This document shows, one piece after another, positions 1 to 9,996 of a stretch of DNA of 64,000 bases. How positions within the stretch are numbered: the first letter of the stretch is position 1; the number at the start of each line of letters is the position of its first letter. The position numbers and the translations under genes are program-made. The DNA is from an uncultured bacterium (GTDB lineage Bacteria > Eisenbacteria > RBG-16-71-46 > CAIMUX01 > WJJG01): assembly GCA_964585945.1 (NCBI GenBank), contig CAZPGB010000014.1, positions 6,912 through 70,911 of the forward strand, given 5' to 3'. The notes below the pieces were generated by a model. The model was not told the DNA's origin and did not search any database. It saw only the letters and a program-made list of their open reading frames with translations.

Positions 1-857
1 CGCAGGGACTCCTCGCCCAGTCTGCGCTGGGTGATGTCGGTATTGGTGCCGATGATCCGCACCGGTCGTCCCTGCAGATCGCGGATCACACGTCCCTGGG
101 TAGCCATCCAGCGGACCGCGCCGTCCGGTCGGACACAGCGGTACTCCCATGCGATGCGCGACCGCGCCGAGGTCGTCCACTCCTGGGCGAGGGACTTGAG
201 GCGATGAGCGTCGTCCCGATGCACGTATTGGGTCCAAGCCTCCAAAGAACCCTCGAAGCTACCGGCGGGGATTTCAAAGAGCTTCTCCATTTCGGGGGTC
301 CAGTGGATCCTGCCCGTCACGAGGTCCCAATCGAAGACACCCACCCCTCCGGCGCGCTGAGCTAGAGCCAGGCGCTCTCGGCTTTCCTGCAGCTCCCTTT
401 CGATGATCTTTCGTCCCGTGATGTCCCACACGAGGCCCAGAAGTCTCGGACCCTGATGCGTCGGGCGCATTCGAGCCTGGGCGCGGATCCATCGGGTCGC
501 GCCGTCGGGATGGCGAATGGGGAATTCCGACTGATAGGCGTCGCCCTTCTCCACCGCGTGGCGCAACTGCTTCGCTACACGCCGCCTGTGGGTGAGGCTG
601 ATGCGCCTCAGGGCGCGCTGCATGTCCAGCGTCTCGTGGGCGGGCCAGCCGAACATCGCCAGCGCCTCTGCGGTGGCCTGGATGGCGCCGGTCTTCGGGT
701 CGAGGCACCAGAGTCCAGCCCCGGCGCCGGCGACCGCCAGAGCGAGAAGCTCCTCACTCAGATCCGTCGTGGGAAACCCACCGGCAGTGGCCGACCTCAG
801 TCCATCCGCCCGCGGCTTCTCACGCCCGGGATCACTATGGGCCCGTGGGTCGTTCAT
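1..857 (-). CDS. PAS/PAC sensor domain protein, partial (N-terminal part; runs off the window start)
   Basis: Open frame on the minus strand from ATG at about 857 to the window edge with no stop. My translation MNDPRAH...WDITGRKIIERELQESRERLALAQ...NTDITQRRLGEE shows two PAS/PAC-like repeats (WxxxxDxxxW ... DIT..K). Not in the ORF track because it is incomplete at the edge. Confidence 0.65.
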   Translation of the reverse strand, partial: MNDPRAHSDPGREKPRADGLRSATAGGFPTTDLSEELLALAVAGAGAGLWCLDPKTGAIQATAEALAMFGWPAHETLDMQRALRRISLTHRRRVAKQLRHAVEKGDAYQSEFPIRHPDGATRWIRAQARMRPTHQGPRLLGLVWDITGRKIIERELQESRERLALAQRAGGVGVFDWDLVTGRIHWTPEMEKLFEIPAGSFEGSLEAWTQYVHRDDAHRLKSLAQEWTTSARSRIAWEYRCVRPDGAVRWMATQGRVIRDLQGRPVRIIGTNTDITQRRLGEESL

Positions 858-996
858 CCGTCACTTCCTGCGCATACCGTCGGCGAGAGCGGTCGTCCGG
901 GCGCTCGGGTGGGTGGCGTCAAGCCTCGCGACTTGGCCCACGTAGTAGACCACATCGGGGTGTCCGGCGCCACCGCGATGTCTCCGGGCGTCGCCG

Positions 997-3813
997 TCAT
1001 GAGCGCCACAGCCCTTTCGTAACTTGCACCACCAGAAGCGGAACGGCGCTGAATCCCAGAATCAGACGCCACCCGAGAAACGTTGGCGGGGCGAGCTTCA
1101 GGACCGAGGCGAGGGGCTCGAGCAGGATAGCCGCCAAGAGAAGGCCGAGACTGATCAGGATCGCGATCCAGACATAGGGGTTTCGCGTGACCTCGTTCAC
1201 AAACAGGCCCGAAGCACGGTCGCGCATGTTCAAGACGTGCCAGGTGCGTGCAAAGGCCAGCGTGAGGAAGGCGGTCGCGACGGCCGACTCCTGGCTCATG
1301 TCGTACCGATCGAGCGCCAGCCAGAACGCGGCCAGGACCGAGGCACTGATCAGCAGGCCGTAACCCAGGATTCCCAGCCAGTGTTGGGAGGTGATGATGG
1401 GCTCGTCACGGTCCCGCGGAGGACGGTTCATCACACCCGGCTGACCCTTTCCCAATCCCAGCGCCAGCGCGGGGAAGACGTCGCTGATGACGTTCAGGTA
1501 GAGGATCTGTAGGGGCAGCAGCGGGAGGGGCGCTCCCGCCAGCATGGCGAAGGCCACGATCATGATCTCACCGACGTTGCCGGAGAGCAGGTAAATGACG
1601 AACCGGCGGATGTTGTTGAAGATCGTCCGGCCGTGCTCCACCGCGGCGGAGATCGTGCGGAAGGAGTCGTCGCGCAACACGACGTCGGCGGCTTCGCGGG
1701 CCACCTGGGTGCCGCGGCGTCCCATGGCCACGCCGATGTCCGCCTTCTGCAGGGCAGGGGCGTCGTTGACGCCGTCGCCCGTCATCGCCACGATCGAGCC
1801 GCTCTCCTGGAATAGCGACACCAGATCCAGCTTCTGCTCGGGTGAAATGCGCGCGAAGACCGCCGTGTCGAGAAGCTCTCGTGCCTGACGTCGGTCGAGC
1901 TTCTCGGGCGGCTGAAGCTCTTCACCTTGAACCACCGAAGCGTCCTCATCCTCGATCAAGCCCAAGCGAAGCGCGATGTTGCGAGCGGTCATCGCCTGGT
2001 CGCCCGTGACCATGATCACCCGGATGCCCGCGCCGCGAAGCCGCGCGATGACCTCTTCGATGCCCCGTCGCGGCGGGTCCAGGAACCCGACCAATCCGAC
2101 GAGTGTGAGGTCCTCGAACGGCTCGACCGATTCTTGTTTCGAGCGCTTCTCCGCCATGGCCAGCATGCGCAGGCCCTGAGCGGCGGTCTCCTCCGTCGCC
2201 GTCAACCATGAACGGCGCTCGGAATCCGATAGCTTGCGTTCCTCCCCGTCGGGGGTGCGCATGCCACGGCACGCATCCAGAACGGCCTCCGGCGCGCCCT
2301 TGACGGCCACCCGCAGGCCCGATCGGTTTCGGTGGAAGGTGGCCATCATCTTCACGTCCGGGTCGAAGGGCCGTTCGTCGACGCGTGGGTTTTCCTCGAG
2401 CAGATCGTCCCGGCTCAGGCCCGCCCAATCCGCCGCCTTGAGCAGGGCCACCTCTTCCGGGTCGCCTTCCTCGCGTTCGTCATCCATCGAGGCGTTGTTG
2501 CACAAGCAGCCGATCTCCAGGACGGTGGCCAGAAGACGATGGTCCGACGCGTCGACGGATTGCCCCTCCTGCTGGAACGTCGCTTCTTCGTCCGAGCGAT
2601 CGATCCGGATCTGTTGAGCGTCTTCGCCGGCAGAGGAGAGGAAGAGCAGCCGTGAGACCTCCATGCGATTTTCCGTCAGCGTTCCGGTCTTGTCGGTGCA
2701 GATGGTGTTGGTCGATCCCAGGGTTTCAACCGCCGAGAGTCGGTTGACCACCGCCTGATGGGCCGCCATGCGCCACATCCCGCGCGCCAGCGCGATGGTG
2801 GCCACGATCGGCAGGCCCTCGGGGATCGCCGCCACGGCCAGTGCGATCGCCGTCTCGATAATCAGCAGGGTGTCTCGGTGGTGCAGGAGACCGACCACGA
2901 TGACCGCGGCGGCGATGCCCAACGTGACCCATATCAGCTTGCGACCCAGGTCGTTGAGCCGCTGTTCGAGCGGGGTCTCCTCGGGCTCGGCCTCTGCCAC
3001 CAGGGCCGAGATGCGGCCCAGTTCCGTGGCCATTCCCGTGGCGACGACGATCCCTTTGGCCGAGCCCTGCAAGACCGAAGTGCCTTTGTAGGCCATGTTT
3101 CGTTTGTCCGCCACGGCCGCTTCCGCGTCTACGGCTGCGTCTTGCTTGTCGACGGCGGCCGATTCGCCCGTGAGGGCCGATTCATCGGTCTGGAGCCGGC
3201 GGGTCTCGAGCAGACGGATGTCGGCCGCGACCACGTCGCCGCTCTGCAGCACGACCAGGTCACCCGGTACCAGTCGATGCGAGGCAACGCGGCGCTCGCG
3301 TCCGTCGCGCACCACCGTGGAGCGGGTTTGGCCGAGCTTCTGCAACGCTTCCATGGAACGGACGGCGCGCAGTTCTGTGAAGAAGCCGATCAGCACGTTG
3401 ATCAGGAGGGCGACAAGAATGGAAGCGCCTTCGAGCCATTGCCCGAAAATGAAGGAGAGGCCCCCCGCGGCCGCCAGCAGCAAGACGATCAGATTCTTCA
3501 TCTGATCCACGAAGATACTCACGGTGCTCCTCTGTCGACGGCGTTGGATGCGGTTTGGTCCGTGTCGCCGTCTCCTGCGGCGCACCTGTCCTGCGTCCAG
3601 GCCTTGATCGGCAGAGCCGTCCAGGGCGTCGAGAACCTCCTCGCCCGTCATGCTCCAGGGCGAGTCGACGGGCAGGTCCTCATGCGGGCGGGACGAATGG
3701 CTGGGATCTGGAGTGGATTCGATCTGTGATCCTCCGTTCATCCGTGCCTCGAGTTGCGGAAAGCCGAAGCTGTTCCGGGAGCTGCGGTGTGGTCGCAGAC
3801 CCGATGTGCCCAC
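997..3813 (-). CDS. Cation-transporting P-type ATPase (type II, Ca2+/Mg2+-like)
   Basis: ICTDKTGTLT phosphorylation motif, TGES, PEGLP in TM4, MTGDGVNDAPAL hinge, about 10 TM. The true start may be the internal Met at 3741 or 3651 (the ...GLDAGQVRRRR..GPN N-terminus is typical). Confidence 0.9.
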   Translation of the reverse strand: MGTSGLRPHRSSRNSFGFPQLEARMNGGSQIESTPDPSHSSRPHEDLPVDSPWSMTGEEVLDALDGSADQGLDAGQVRRRRRRHGPNRIQRRRQRSTVSIFVDQMKNLIVLLLAAAGGLSFIFGQWLEGASILVALLINVLIGFFTELRAVRSMEALQKLGQTRSTVVRDGRERRVASHRLVPGDLVVLQSGDVVAADIRLLETRRLQTDESALTGESAAVDKQDAAVDAEAAVADKRNMAYKGTSVLQGSAKGIVVATGMATELGRISALVAEAEPEETPLEQRLNDLGRKLIWVTLGIAAAVIVVGLLHHRDTLLIIETAIALAVAAIPEGLPIVATIALARGMWRMAAHQAVVNRLSAVETLGSTNTICTDKTGTLTENRMEVSRLLFLSSAGEDAQQIRIDRSDEEATFQQEGQSVDASDHRLLATVLEIGCLCNNASMDDEREEGDPEEVALLKAADWAGLSRDDLLEENPRVDERPFDPDVKMMATFHRNRSGLRVAVKGAPEAVLDACRGMRTPDGEERKLSDSERRSWLTATEETAAQGLRMLAMAEKRSKQESVEPFEDLTLVGLVGFLDPPRRGIEEVIARLRGAGIRVIMVTGDQAMTARNIALRLGLIEDEDASVVQGEELQPPEKLDRRQARELLDTAVFARISPEQKLDLVSLFQESGSIVAMTGDGVNDAPALQKADIGVAMGRRGTQVAREAADVVLRDDSFRTISAAVEHGRTIFNNIRRFVIYLLSGNVGEIMIVAFAMLAGAPLPLLPLQILYLNVISDVFPALALGLGKGQPGVMNRPPRDRDEPIITSQHWLGILGYGLLISASVLAAFWLALDRYDMSQESAVATAFLTLAFARTWHVLNMRDRASGLFVNEVTRNPYVWIAILISLGLLLAAILLEPLASVLKLAPPTFLGWRLILGFSAVPLLVVQVTKGLWRS

Positions 3814-3965
3814 CCCCTGCGTCCGAATGCGGCACCATTCTCAACCAGGGAGCGGAGCCGGCCCACCGGCGCATGCACCAATGCCCAGTCAGGGATGTCC
3901 CCCGACCTTCCCAGGGCGCAACCCGAATCTGCGGTGCCGTGAGAAGGAGAATGGAAGGGCGCCAC

Positions 3966-3989
3966 GGCCTGGGGGCTCACCCCCAGGCC
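3966..3989. promoter_or_regulatory. Perfect 10-bp-stem hairpin (GGCCTGGGGG-CTCA-CCCCCAGGCC) in the divergent intergenic region
   Basis: Read directly from the sequence. It lies between the divergently transcribed P-type ATPase and the eRF1-like gene. Confidence 0.3.
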
Positions 3990-4174
3990 GGATGGTGGAG
4001 ACACCCAGGCTACGCAAGCAATCGACCGGGTAGGTATGAGATCGGGTTTGATTCATTCTGACAGCACTTCACCGGGCCAGCGTGTGGCCGAAGCCGCTGG
4101 GCCGGTGAAGGGAGGAAGGCGTCCTCCAAGTGCAGTCCAAACCTGGGTGAAGCAGAGATGGAGGCGAGACGGCA

Positions 4175-5338
4175 ATGACGAGGATGCACAACGCACCGAG
4201 CAAGGACGAGTTTCAAGCGCTCTTTCAGGACCGAGGTTGGCCGCGCCTCTCGGTTTACACCCCAACGGGCCGCACGTCGGCGGAAGCCGAAGAGAGCCGC
4301 ATCCGGTTCAAGAACCAGATCCAGGAAGCGGCCGGACGGCTGCTGGCCGGGGGCCTGCGCATATCGGAGGTGCAGTCATTCCTGGCACCCGTGCGCACGA
4401 CGATGGAGGATGCGCTCTTCTGGCAGCACCAGACCGAGGCGCTCTGCATGTTCCTTTCCCCGAACGCGCTCCGGTACTATCGATTGCCCTACCGCGTGCC
4501 CGAGGTCGTCGTTGTTTCCGGCCGCTTCCATATCAAGCCCTTGATCCCCGTCTTGAAGGACGCGGAGCGCTTCTTCCTCCTGGCCGTTGGGCTCCGCAAC
4601 GTGCGCCTTTACGAAGGCACGTCGTTTGAGCTCCGTCCGTTGCCGCTGAACGACGACCTGCCGGCGGGTGTCGAGGAGCTTCAGCCGCGCGAGGATACCG
4701 AAACCGCTCTCCAGCTCCACACGACGAAGGGCCAAGGGGCTGGCGGTATCTTCCACGGGCACGGCGAGACCAAGGACGCCGCCCGTCAGAAGGAGCGCAT
4801 CCTGCGGTACTTCCAGATGGTGGACCAAGCGGTGTCCAAGAAGGTGGCCGGGCGACAGGAGCCACTCATCCTGGCGGGCATCGAGTATCTCTTACCGATC
4901 TACGAGCAGGCCAACAGCTATCCCCGCATTCACAAACACGGGATTCGAGTGAACGCGGACTCCATAAATGAACAAGAGTTGCATCGTCGCGCCCTTGAGA
5001 TCATGAAACCCATGCGCAGACAGAGGCACCAGGCACGCATCGAACAGTATCAGCAGATGCGGCTTCGCAAGCGCACGACCTCCAAGCTGGAGGAGGTGCT
5101 GCAGGCTGCGTCCGCCGGGCGCATCGAGACGCTCTGGGCCCGAGCGGACGAATACTGCTGGGGACGCTACGATCCCGAGACCGGTCGCTTGGATACGCAC
5201 CGGCAGCCCCAGCCTCGTGACGAGGATCTGATCGACGCGGCCACAGCCGAAGCCCTGCGGACAGGCGCCGAAGTGGTGTTGTCGACCAGGGAGCGGATGC
5301 CGGCCGAAGCGACCGTCGCCGCCGTTCTGCGGTATTGA
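4175..5338 (+). CDS. Hypothetical protein with eRF1/Pelota-like (baeRF-type) features
   Basis: 387 aa. Central segment FFLLAVGLRNVRLYEG resembles the start of the eRF1/Dom34 central domain. C-terminus ...AEVVLSTRERMPAEATVAAVLRY resembles the eRF1/Pelota domain-3 terminus (...AILRY). GGIFHGHGE loop. GGAGG about 11 nt upstream. Confidence 0.5.
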   Translation: MTRMHNAPSKDEFQALFQDRGWPRLSVYTPTGRTSAEAEESRIRFKNQIQEAAGRLLAGGLRISEVQSFLAPVRTTMEDALFWQHQTEALCMFLSPNALRYYRLPYRVPEVVVVSGRFHIKPLIPVLKDAERFFLLAVGLRNVRLYEGTSFELRPLPLNDDLPAGVEELQPREDTETALQLHTTKGQGAGGIFHGHGETKDAARQKERILRYFQMVDQAVSKKVAGRQEPLILAGIEYLLPIYEQANSYPRIHKHGIRVNADSINEQELHRRALEIMKPMRRQRHQARIEQYQQMRLRKRTTSKLEEVLQAASAGRIETLWARADEYCWGRYDPETGRLDTHRQPQPRDEDLIDAATAEALRTGAEVVLSTRERMPAEATVAAVLRY

Positions 5339-5443
5339 GACTGCCGCGGAAGCGCGACGGGGGTCGGCCGGGCCACCGCCCGCGGTTTCACGACGGGACG
5401 CAGGGGGTAGATTGGGCTTTGGAGAGAACAAGGGAGGTTATGA

Positions 5444-5644
5444 ATGTCAGTCGCGAAGATTATCGAGATCACATCCGAGTCGTCCAAGGGGTTTGAGGAC
5501 GCCGTCCAGCAGGGCGTGAAGAGGGCCGCCGAGACGGTCAACAATGTTCAGGCTGCATGGGTCAAGGATCAGGAATGCTTCGTCAAGGACGGCAAGATCA
5601 CCGGCTACCGGGTGAATCTGAAGGTCACCTTCATTCTCGAATAG
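5444..5644 (+). CDS. Dodecin (flavin-binding) family protein
   Basis: 66 aa. KIIEITSESSKGFEDAVQQG...GYRVNLKVTFILE matches the dodecin fold signature. Strong RBS AAGGGAGG. Confidence 0.85.
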   Translation: MSVAKIIEITSESSKGFEDAVQQGVKRAAETVNNVQAAWVKDQECFVKDGKITGYRVNLKVTFILE

Positions 5645-5670
5645 GACGGCAAGGCGCACGCCGGTGGACG

Positions 5671-5700
5671 AGCGGCCGGGGTCGCAGGGCTCCGGCCGCT
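5671..5700. terminator. Hairpin (AGCGGCCGG-N12-CCGGCCGCT) downstream of dodecin, between convergent genes
   Basis: 9-bp GC stem read from the sequence. No U-tract. Confidence 0.3.
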
Positions 5701-5733
5701 TGTTGTAGGCCAAGGCCGCTTGCAGTAGGCCAA
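5694..5733. repeat. Tandem 2x20-nt direct repeat (GGCCGCTTGTTGTAGGCCAA / GGCCGCTTGCAGTAGGCCAA)
   Basis: 18/20 identity, head-to-tail, in the convergent intergenic region. Confidence 0.45.
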
Positions 5734-5748
5734 CCGAGCGGCGGAGCG

Positions 5749-6042
5749 TCACTCCATGGGTGGGGACTGAGGGCGGGATATCCCGCTCAGGTAAGTGGCC
5801 AGCTCATCGACGTGCCGTGGATTGCCGACAATGTGAAAGACCTGATCCGACACGTGAACATCGGCCACGATCGCCCGTTCGACGTCCTGCGGCGGCGACT
5901 TCTTGATGATGTCCACCTGCTTCGCCTCGAGATTCTCTTCCTCCAGGGTGGCCAGCATCTCCTCGTTGACCGGCAGTCCATCCCCGTCAACGATGTCATA
6001 CCCGGCTGTGCGCACCGTGTCCATCAACTCAGCAAACTGCAT
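5749..6042 (-). CDS. Small acidic hypothetical protein (97 aa)
   Basis: Strong RBS GAGGAGGAAGGA. 24 nt downstream of the UPF0182 gene on the same strand. Confidence 0.55.
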   Translation of the reverse strand: MQFAELMDTVRTAGYDIVDGDGLPVNEEMLATLEEENLEAKQVDIIKKSPPQDVERAIVADVHVSDQVFHIVGNPRHVDELATYLSGISRPQSPPME

Positions 6043-6066
6043 CCTTCCTCCTCAACGTGTTCCGCC

Positions 6067-8919
6067 TCAACGTGCGGTCGCGGCGGTCGTGTCGGGGACC
6101 AGACGCTCGAGAGAGCGCTGCAGCGTCTCGAGGGCGCCCGCCGCGCGGTCGAACTCTCCGTCGCCGACCGCCGCCAGGTAGTTGTCGAATGCCTGACTGG
6201 CCTGCCGGGCGATGCGGGCTACCTGCGTCGCCGGGGCTGCGGCCGGGCCTGGCGCGCGGGCGGCGACGTCGGCCTCATCCCCCAAGAGACCGGCCAGGGC
6301 CTCGTCGAAGGATTCGGCATAGCTCATGTTGTCCCCGTGCATGATGACCACCAACCGCAACTCAGGGTATGCGGCGGTATCGGCCTGGAGATAGATGGGC
6401 TCGACATAGACCAATGTCTCACCGATCGGAATCGCGAGCACATTGCCGCGGATCACGTTGGAGCCCCTCTGGTCCCAGAGCGTGAGCTGTCCTGAGAGGT
6501 GCGGGTCCTGGTCGATCTTGGTCTCCACCTGCTGCGGACCGATGACGCGTCTCTCCTTCGGGAACTTGTAGGCCAGCAGGCGGCCGTAATCCTCACCGTC
6601 GCACATGCCCGCGATCCAGCCGATCAGCACCTGACGGTTCTTAGGTGTAAACGGAAGCATGAGGACGAAGTCGGGCTTGTCGACGTCCGGCAGCTCCCAG
6701 ATCACGTAGTAGGGCTCCACGGGTTGCACCGCGCCATGGTACTTCTCCGTGGCCCGGATCCACAGGTCCTCCTGATTGTAGAAGACGGTCGGATCAGTCA
6801 TATGGTACTTGGCGTAGACGAGACCTTGGACCCGGAGGAGGTCGACCGGATAGCGCACATGAGTCCGCAGCTCACCAGGCATCTCGGACTCCTGCTTGAA
6901 GAGGCCCGGAAAGATGCGCTCCCACACGCGAATCAAGGGATCCTGGGGCTCGAAGACATACAGATCAACCGTTCCCTGATAGGCGTCGACAACCGCCTTG
7001 ACGGCATTGCGCATGTAGTTGATCCCGCGCAGGTGTCTTCCGGTGGAGGTCTGCAGACTGCGAGTGCCTGCAGAATTGCGGTACTCGATGAACTCGCTGG
7101 CCGAGAAGGGCTCACTGTACGGATAGTAGCTCGAGGTGGTGTAGGCATCGAGAATCCAGTACAGCCGCCCATCGACCAGAACGATGTAGGGATCGGCGTC
7201 GAATTGCAGAAACGGCGCCAGCTTGTTCACCCGCTGGCGGATCTGGCGGTGGAATTGAATGCGGCTTTCGGAACGGGGGTAACCGGAGAGAAGAAAGCGG
7301 GTGCCATCGAATTTCCAGCCGAAGAGAACCTTGCGCCAGAAACTCGAGATCGGCACGCCCCCGTCGCCCTCGTAGCGCGCATAGATATTCTCTTCACCGC
7401 TGGGATAGTCGAACTCCGTCTCAGCGCTGTTGACGACCACATGGGTGCGGGTGAGCTCGCCGTAGTAGATCTCGGGGCGCTTGACCTCGAGCTCGGGAAG
7501 GCGGCTGACCGGCGGAATGTCCTTGATGAGCAGGTTGGGGAGGCCTTCTTCGGTGAACTCGTGCACGGGCGCCAGGGTGAGACCGTAGCCGTGGGTGTAC
7601 TTGAACCGCCGGTTCACGAAAGTCTGGCTCTGCTCAGGGAGATTGGCCAGTTCCATTTCCCGGGCAGAGACCATCACCTGCCGGTACTGGGACGCGATAT
7701 CATAGCGATCGATGTCGACGTCCGCGAACTCATAGTAGAGGCGGATCTCTTGAAACTGCTTGTAGACGGCGTCCAGGGCCCGCCAATCCCACAAGCGGAT
7801 GTTACGGAAGATGGCCGGATACTCCTCCACGGTTTCCCGACTGAAGGCCGACACCGCCGGGAACTCCTGTTCCTCGACGGCATCGAGGCCGAATGCCTTG
7901 CGGGTGAAGGCGATGTTGTGAGCGATGTAGGGGCGCTCCAGCGTGATCTCGTTCGGCTCGACTCGCAGCCACTGGATAAGACTGGGGACAATGGTAAGCG
8001 CGACGAACCAGAGAACCAGAGTGCCGACTCCGATGACGCCGAGAAGCGGGGCCGCGGCATGGCTCGGCGCTTGGCGCATATGTCCCACGCGCGTGACCAG
8101 CGTCTGCAAACGGTCGCGCACCGGCGGCAACAGGACCGCCAGGCCGGCCACGAGCGTGAGGGCGGCGATGATCGCATAGGCCGGAAGACGGACATGCACG
8201 TCGGTCCAACCGGGACCCGCCACCGCGCCCCACTTGGAGTAGAGCAAGTGATAACGGGCCAGGAACTTGTCAAAGGCCAAGGCGAGCAGGAACAATCCTG
8301 CGCTGGCATAGAGCGTTCGGTAGGGGTGGGATCTGGGGTCCTCCGCCTCGACGGGTTTCGCGATGTCCAGCGTTTCGTCCCGTACCCGGATGAACAGGCC
8401 GACGGCGTTGCCCAGCAGAGCGGCGAAGGCAAGAAGCGCGACGAGCGTGTAGATGGCGTCATAGAAGGGGAGCGTGAAGAGGTAGAAGCCCGCGTCGCGG
8501 CCCAGAATGGGCTCGCGGACTCCAGCGGGAACGCGCTCCAGGTAGCGCAGAACGGTTTCCCAGTGCGACAGGCCCCATGAAAGACCGATGGAGGCGCCGA
8601 CAAGCACGGTTCCCACGCGAACGCTCCGCCGGCGGTTCTTCAGTGAGAGCGTGAGAAGATAGGCGGCCCCACCGCCCAGCAGCAGCCCGCCGACACCCAG
8701 GAGGGCCTTGGCCAGGATCTCGGTCCAGATGCGGTCGCCGTAGCCCAGCGAATGAAACCAGAGCACCTCTCCCCAGAGGTCCATGATCGAGAAGAGCAGG
8801 ACCGTCGCGCCCGCCAGAACGGCGCCGCCGATCCATCGACCTCGCCTACGGTGCCGGGCTCCCTGGAACAGCAACCAGCCTGACGCGGCCAGAAGCAGGA
8901 TCAGCACAGCCACATACAT
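6067..8919 (-). CDS. UPF0182 family membrane protein
   Basis: About 950 aa. N-terminal multi-TM region with FYLFTLPFYD, followed by a large soluble region typical of UPF0182. Start set at the internal Met (MYVAVLILLL) with AAGGA RBS. The upstream part of the ORF-track ORF overlaps the STAS gene. Confidence 0.8.
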   Translation of the reverse strand: MYVAVLILLLAASGWLLFQGARHRRRGRWIGGAVLAGATVLLFSIMDLWGEVLWFHSLGYGDRIWTEILAKALLGVGGLLLGGGAAYLLTLSLKNRRRSVRVGTVLVGASIGLSWGLSHWETVLRYLERVPAGVREPILGRDAGFYLFTLPFYDAIYTLVALLAFAALLGNAVGLFIRVRDETLDIAKPVEAEDPRSHPYRTLYASAGLFLLALAFDKFLARYHLLYSKWGAVAGPGWTDVHVRLPAYAIIAALTLVAGLAVLLPPVRDRLQTLVTRVGHMRQAPSHAAAPLLGVIGVGTLVLWFVALTIVPSLIQWLRVEPNEITLERPYIAHNIAFTRKAFGLDAVEEQEFPAVSAFSRETVEEYPAIFRNIRLWDWRALDAVYKQFQEIRLYYEFADVDIDRYDIASQYRQVMVSAREMELANLPEQSQTFVNRRFKYTHGYGLTLAPVHEFTEEGLPNLLIKDIPPVSRLPELEVKRPEIYYGELTRTHVVVNSAETEFDYPSGEENIYARYEGDGGVPISSFWRKVLFGWKFDGTRFLLSGYPRSESRIQFHRQIRQRVNKLAPFLQFDADPYIVLVDGRLYWILDAYTTSSYYPYSEPFSASEFIEYRNSAGTRSLQTSTGRHLRGINYMRNAVKAVVDAYQGTVDLYVFEPQDPLIRVWERIFPGLFKQESEMPGELRTHVRYPVDLLRVQGLVYAKYHMTDPTVFYNQEDLWIRATEKYHGAVQPVEPYYVIWELPDVDKPDFVLMLPFTPKNRQVLIGWIAGMCDGEDYGRLLAYKFPKERRVIGPQQVETKIDQDPHLSGQLTLWDQRGSNVIRGNVLAIPIGETLVYVEPIYLQADTAAYPELRLVVIMHGDNMSYAESFDEALAGLLGDEADVAARAPGPAAAPATQVARIARQASQAFDNYLAAVGDGEFDRAAGALETLQRSLERLVPDTTAATAR

Positions 8920-8950
8920 GGTGCAGTCCTTTCCGTTCGTCGCACCTCGC

Positions 8951-9349
8951 TCAATGCTCGGGGGGAGGCTTCCCGGCCGGGGACGGAAGTCCGGCCAGAA
9001 CCCATTTCCAGGCCTCGTCGGCCTGCTCGAGCGTGAAGTGGCGGGCTTGGGCGCCGGCAAACGGCTGGATGAAACGAGACAATCCGGTCTTCCAGTCTGG
9101 GTGACTCACGATCGCCAGGCGATCCACATCGCGGGAGTGCTTGAATTCGAACTTCAAGTCCTCCCACAGGGCCGCGGCGGACCACCCGGCAAAATCGTGC
9201 AATTCCACCAGAATCCGAATAGCTCCGTGTTGCCGGATCTGCTCCTCGGCCACGGATGCAAAGCGCTCGAGATCCTCCTGCTCCAGTTTGCCGGAGACAT
9301 GGATCTTGAGAATGCGGCCATCGGCCATGGGGCTGGCTTCCAGACTCAT
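8951..9349 (-). CDS. SpoIIAA-like / STAS-fold (DUF3478-type) protein
   Basis: 132 aa. Homologous to the second copy at 55015..55401 (shared G[FW]..LW...RLAI[VI]..W...AQ.R....WV pattern). Confidence 0.65.
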   Translation of the reverse strand: MSLEASPMADGRILKIHVSGKLEQEDLERFASVAEEQIRQHGAIRILVELHDFAGWSAAALWEDLKFEFKHSRDVDRLAIVSHPDWKTGLSRFIQPFAGAQARHFTLEQADEAWKWVLAGLPSPAGKPPPEH

Positions 9350-9360
9350 TTCTCCTCCCT

Positions 9361-9996
9361 CTAATCCAGATGGCCTGGGGACGGTCCCGACTCCTTGCCC
9401 GGCGCGGTTCCCACGGAGGTGCGCTCAGGGGCCATGACGGCGCGTTTCGGATCCGGCTCCGGCAGCATCCCCAGCTCGGCGAGGCGCAGGTCGATCCACT
9501 CCGCCGCGGCCTCGGGCGTCAGGAATTCGCTTTCCACCCGCACCTCTGGATCGAGGGGGGGCTCATAGGGAGCATTGGCGCCCGGAAGGTCCGTGATCTC
9601 GCCCCTATCGGCTCGACTCCACAGACCCTTCGGGTCGCGCCGGCGGCAGATATCAGGCTCGCAGGCCACGTAGACTTCGGCGAAGCGGCGGATGCGAGTC
9701 CGGGCGACCTCGCGATACCGGCGGAGCGGCGCGGTCGCCGCGATGATCACACTGACGCCGTGTAGGGTGCAGAGCACCGCCAGCTCGGCGAGCTCCGCGT
9801 AGAACAAGTCCCTGCCTTCGCGGGAGTACCCTGCCTGGGGCGCCAGCTTCTTGCGCAGGCTGTCCGAATCCAGCAGGGGCGCGCGGATCCCTCGGCTCGC
9901 CAACCGCTCTTGCAGGCGTTTGGCGATGGTCGTCTTCCCCGATGCGGGTAGTCCGGTGAGCCAGACCGCCATGCCGGTGCCGCAGCCGGTGTTCAT
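9361..9996 (-). CDS. cysC: Adenylylsulfate (APS) kinase
   Basis: VWLTGLPASGKTTIA P-loop and ...FAEVYVACEPDICRRRDPKGLW. The start ATG overlaps the upstream kinase stop (ATGA). Confidence 0.85.
   Translation of the reverse strand: MNTGCGTGMAVWLTGLPASGKTTIAKRLQERLASRGIRAPLLDSDSLRKKLAPQAGYSREGRDLFYAELAELAVLCTLHGVSVIIAATAPLRRYREVARTRIRRFAEVYVACEPDICRRRDPKGLWSRADRGEITDLPGANAPYEPPLDPEVRVESEFLTPEAAAEWIDLRLAELGMLPEPDPKRAVMAPERTSVGTAPGKESGPSPGHLD

Noticed and set aside
6499-8580. 693-aa plus-strand ORF
   Set aside because: Antisense to the UPF0182 gene. Mirror-frame artefact.
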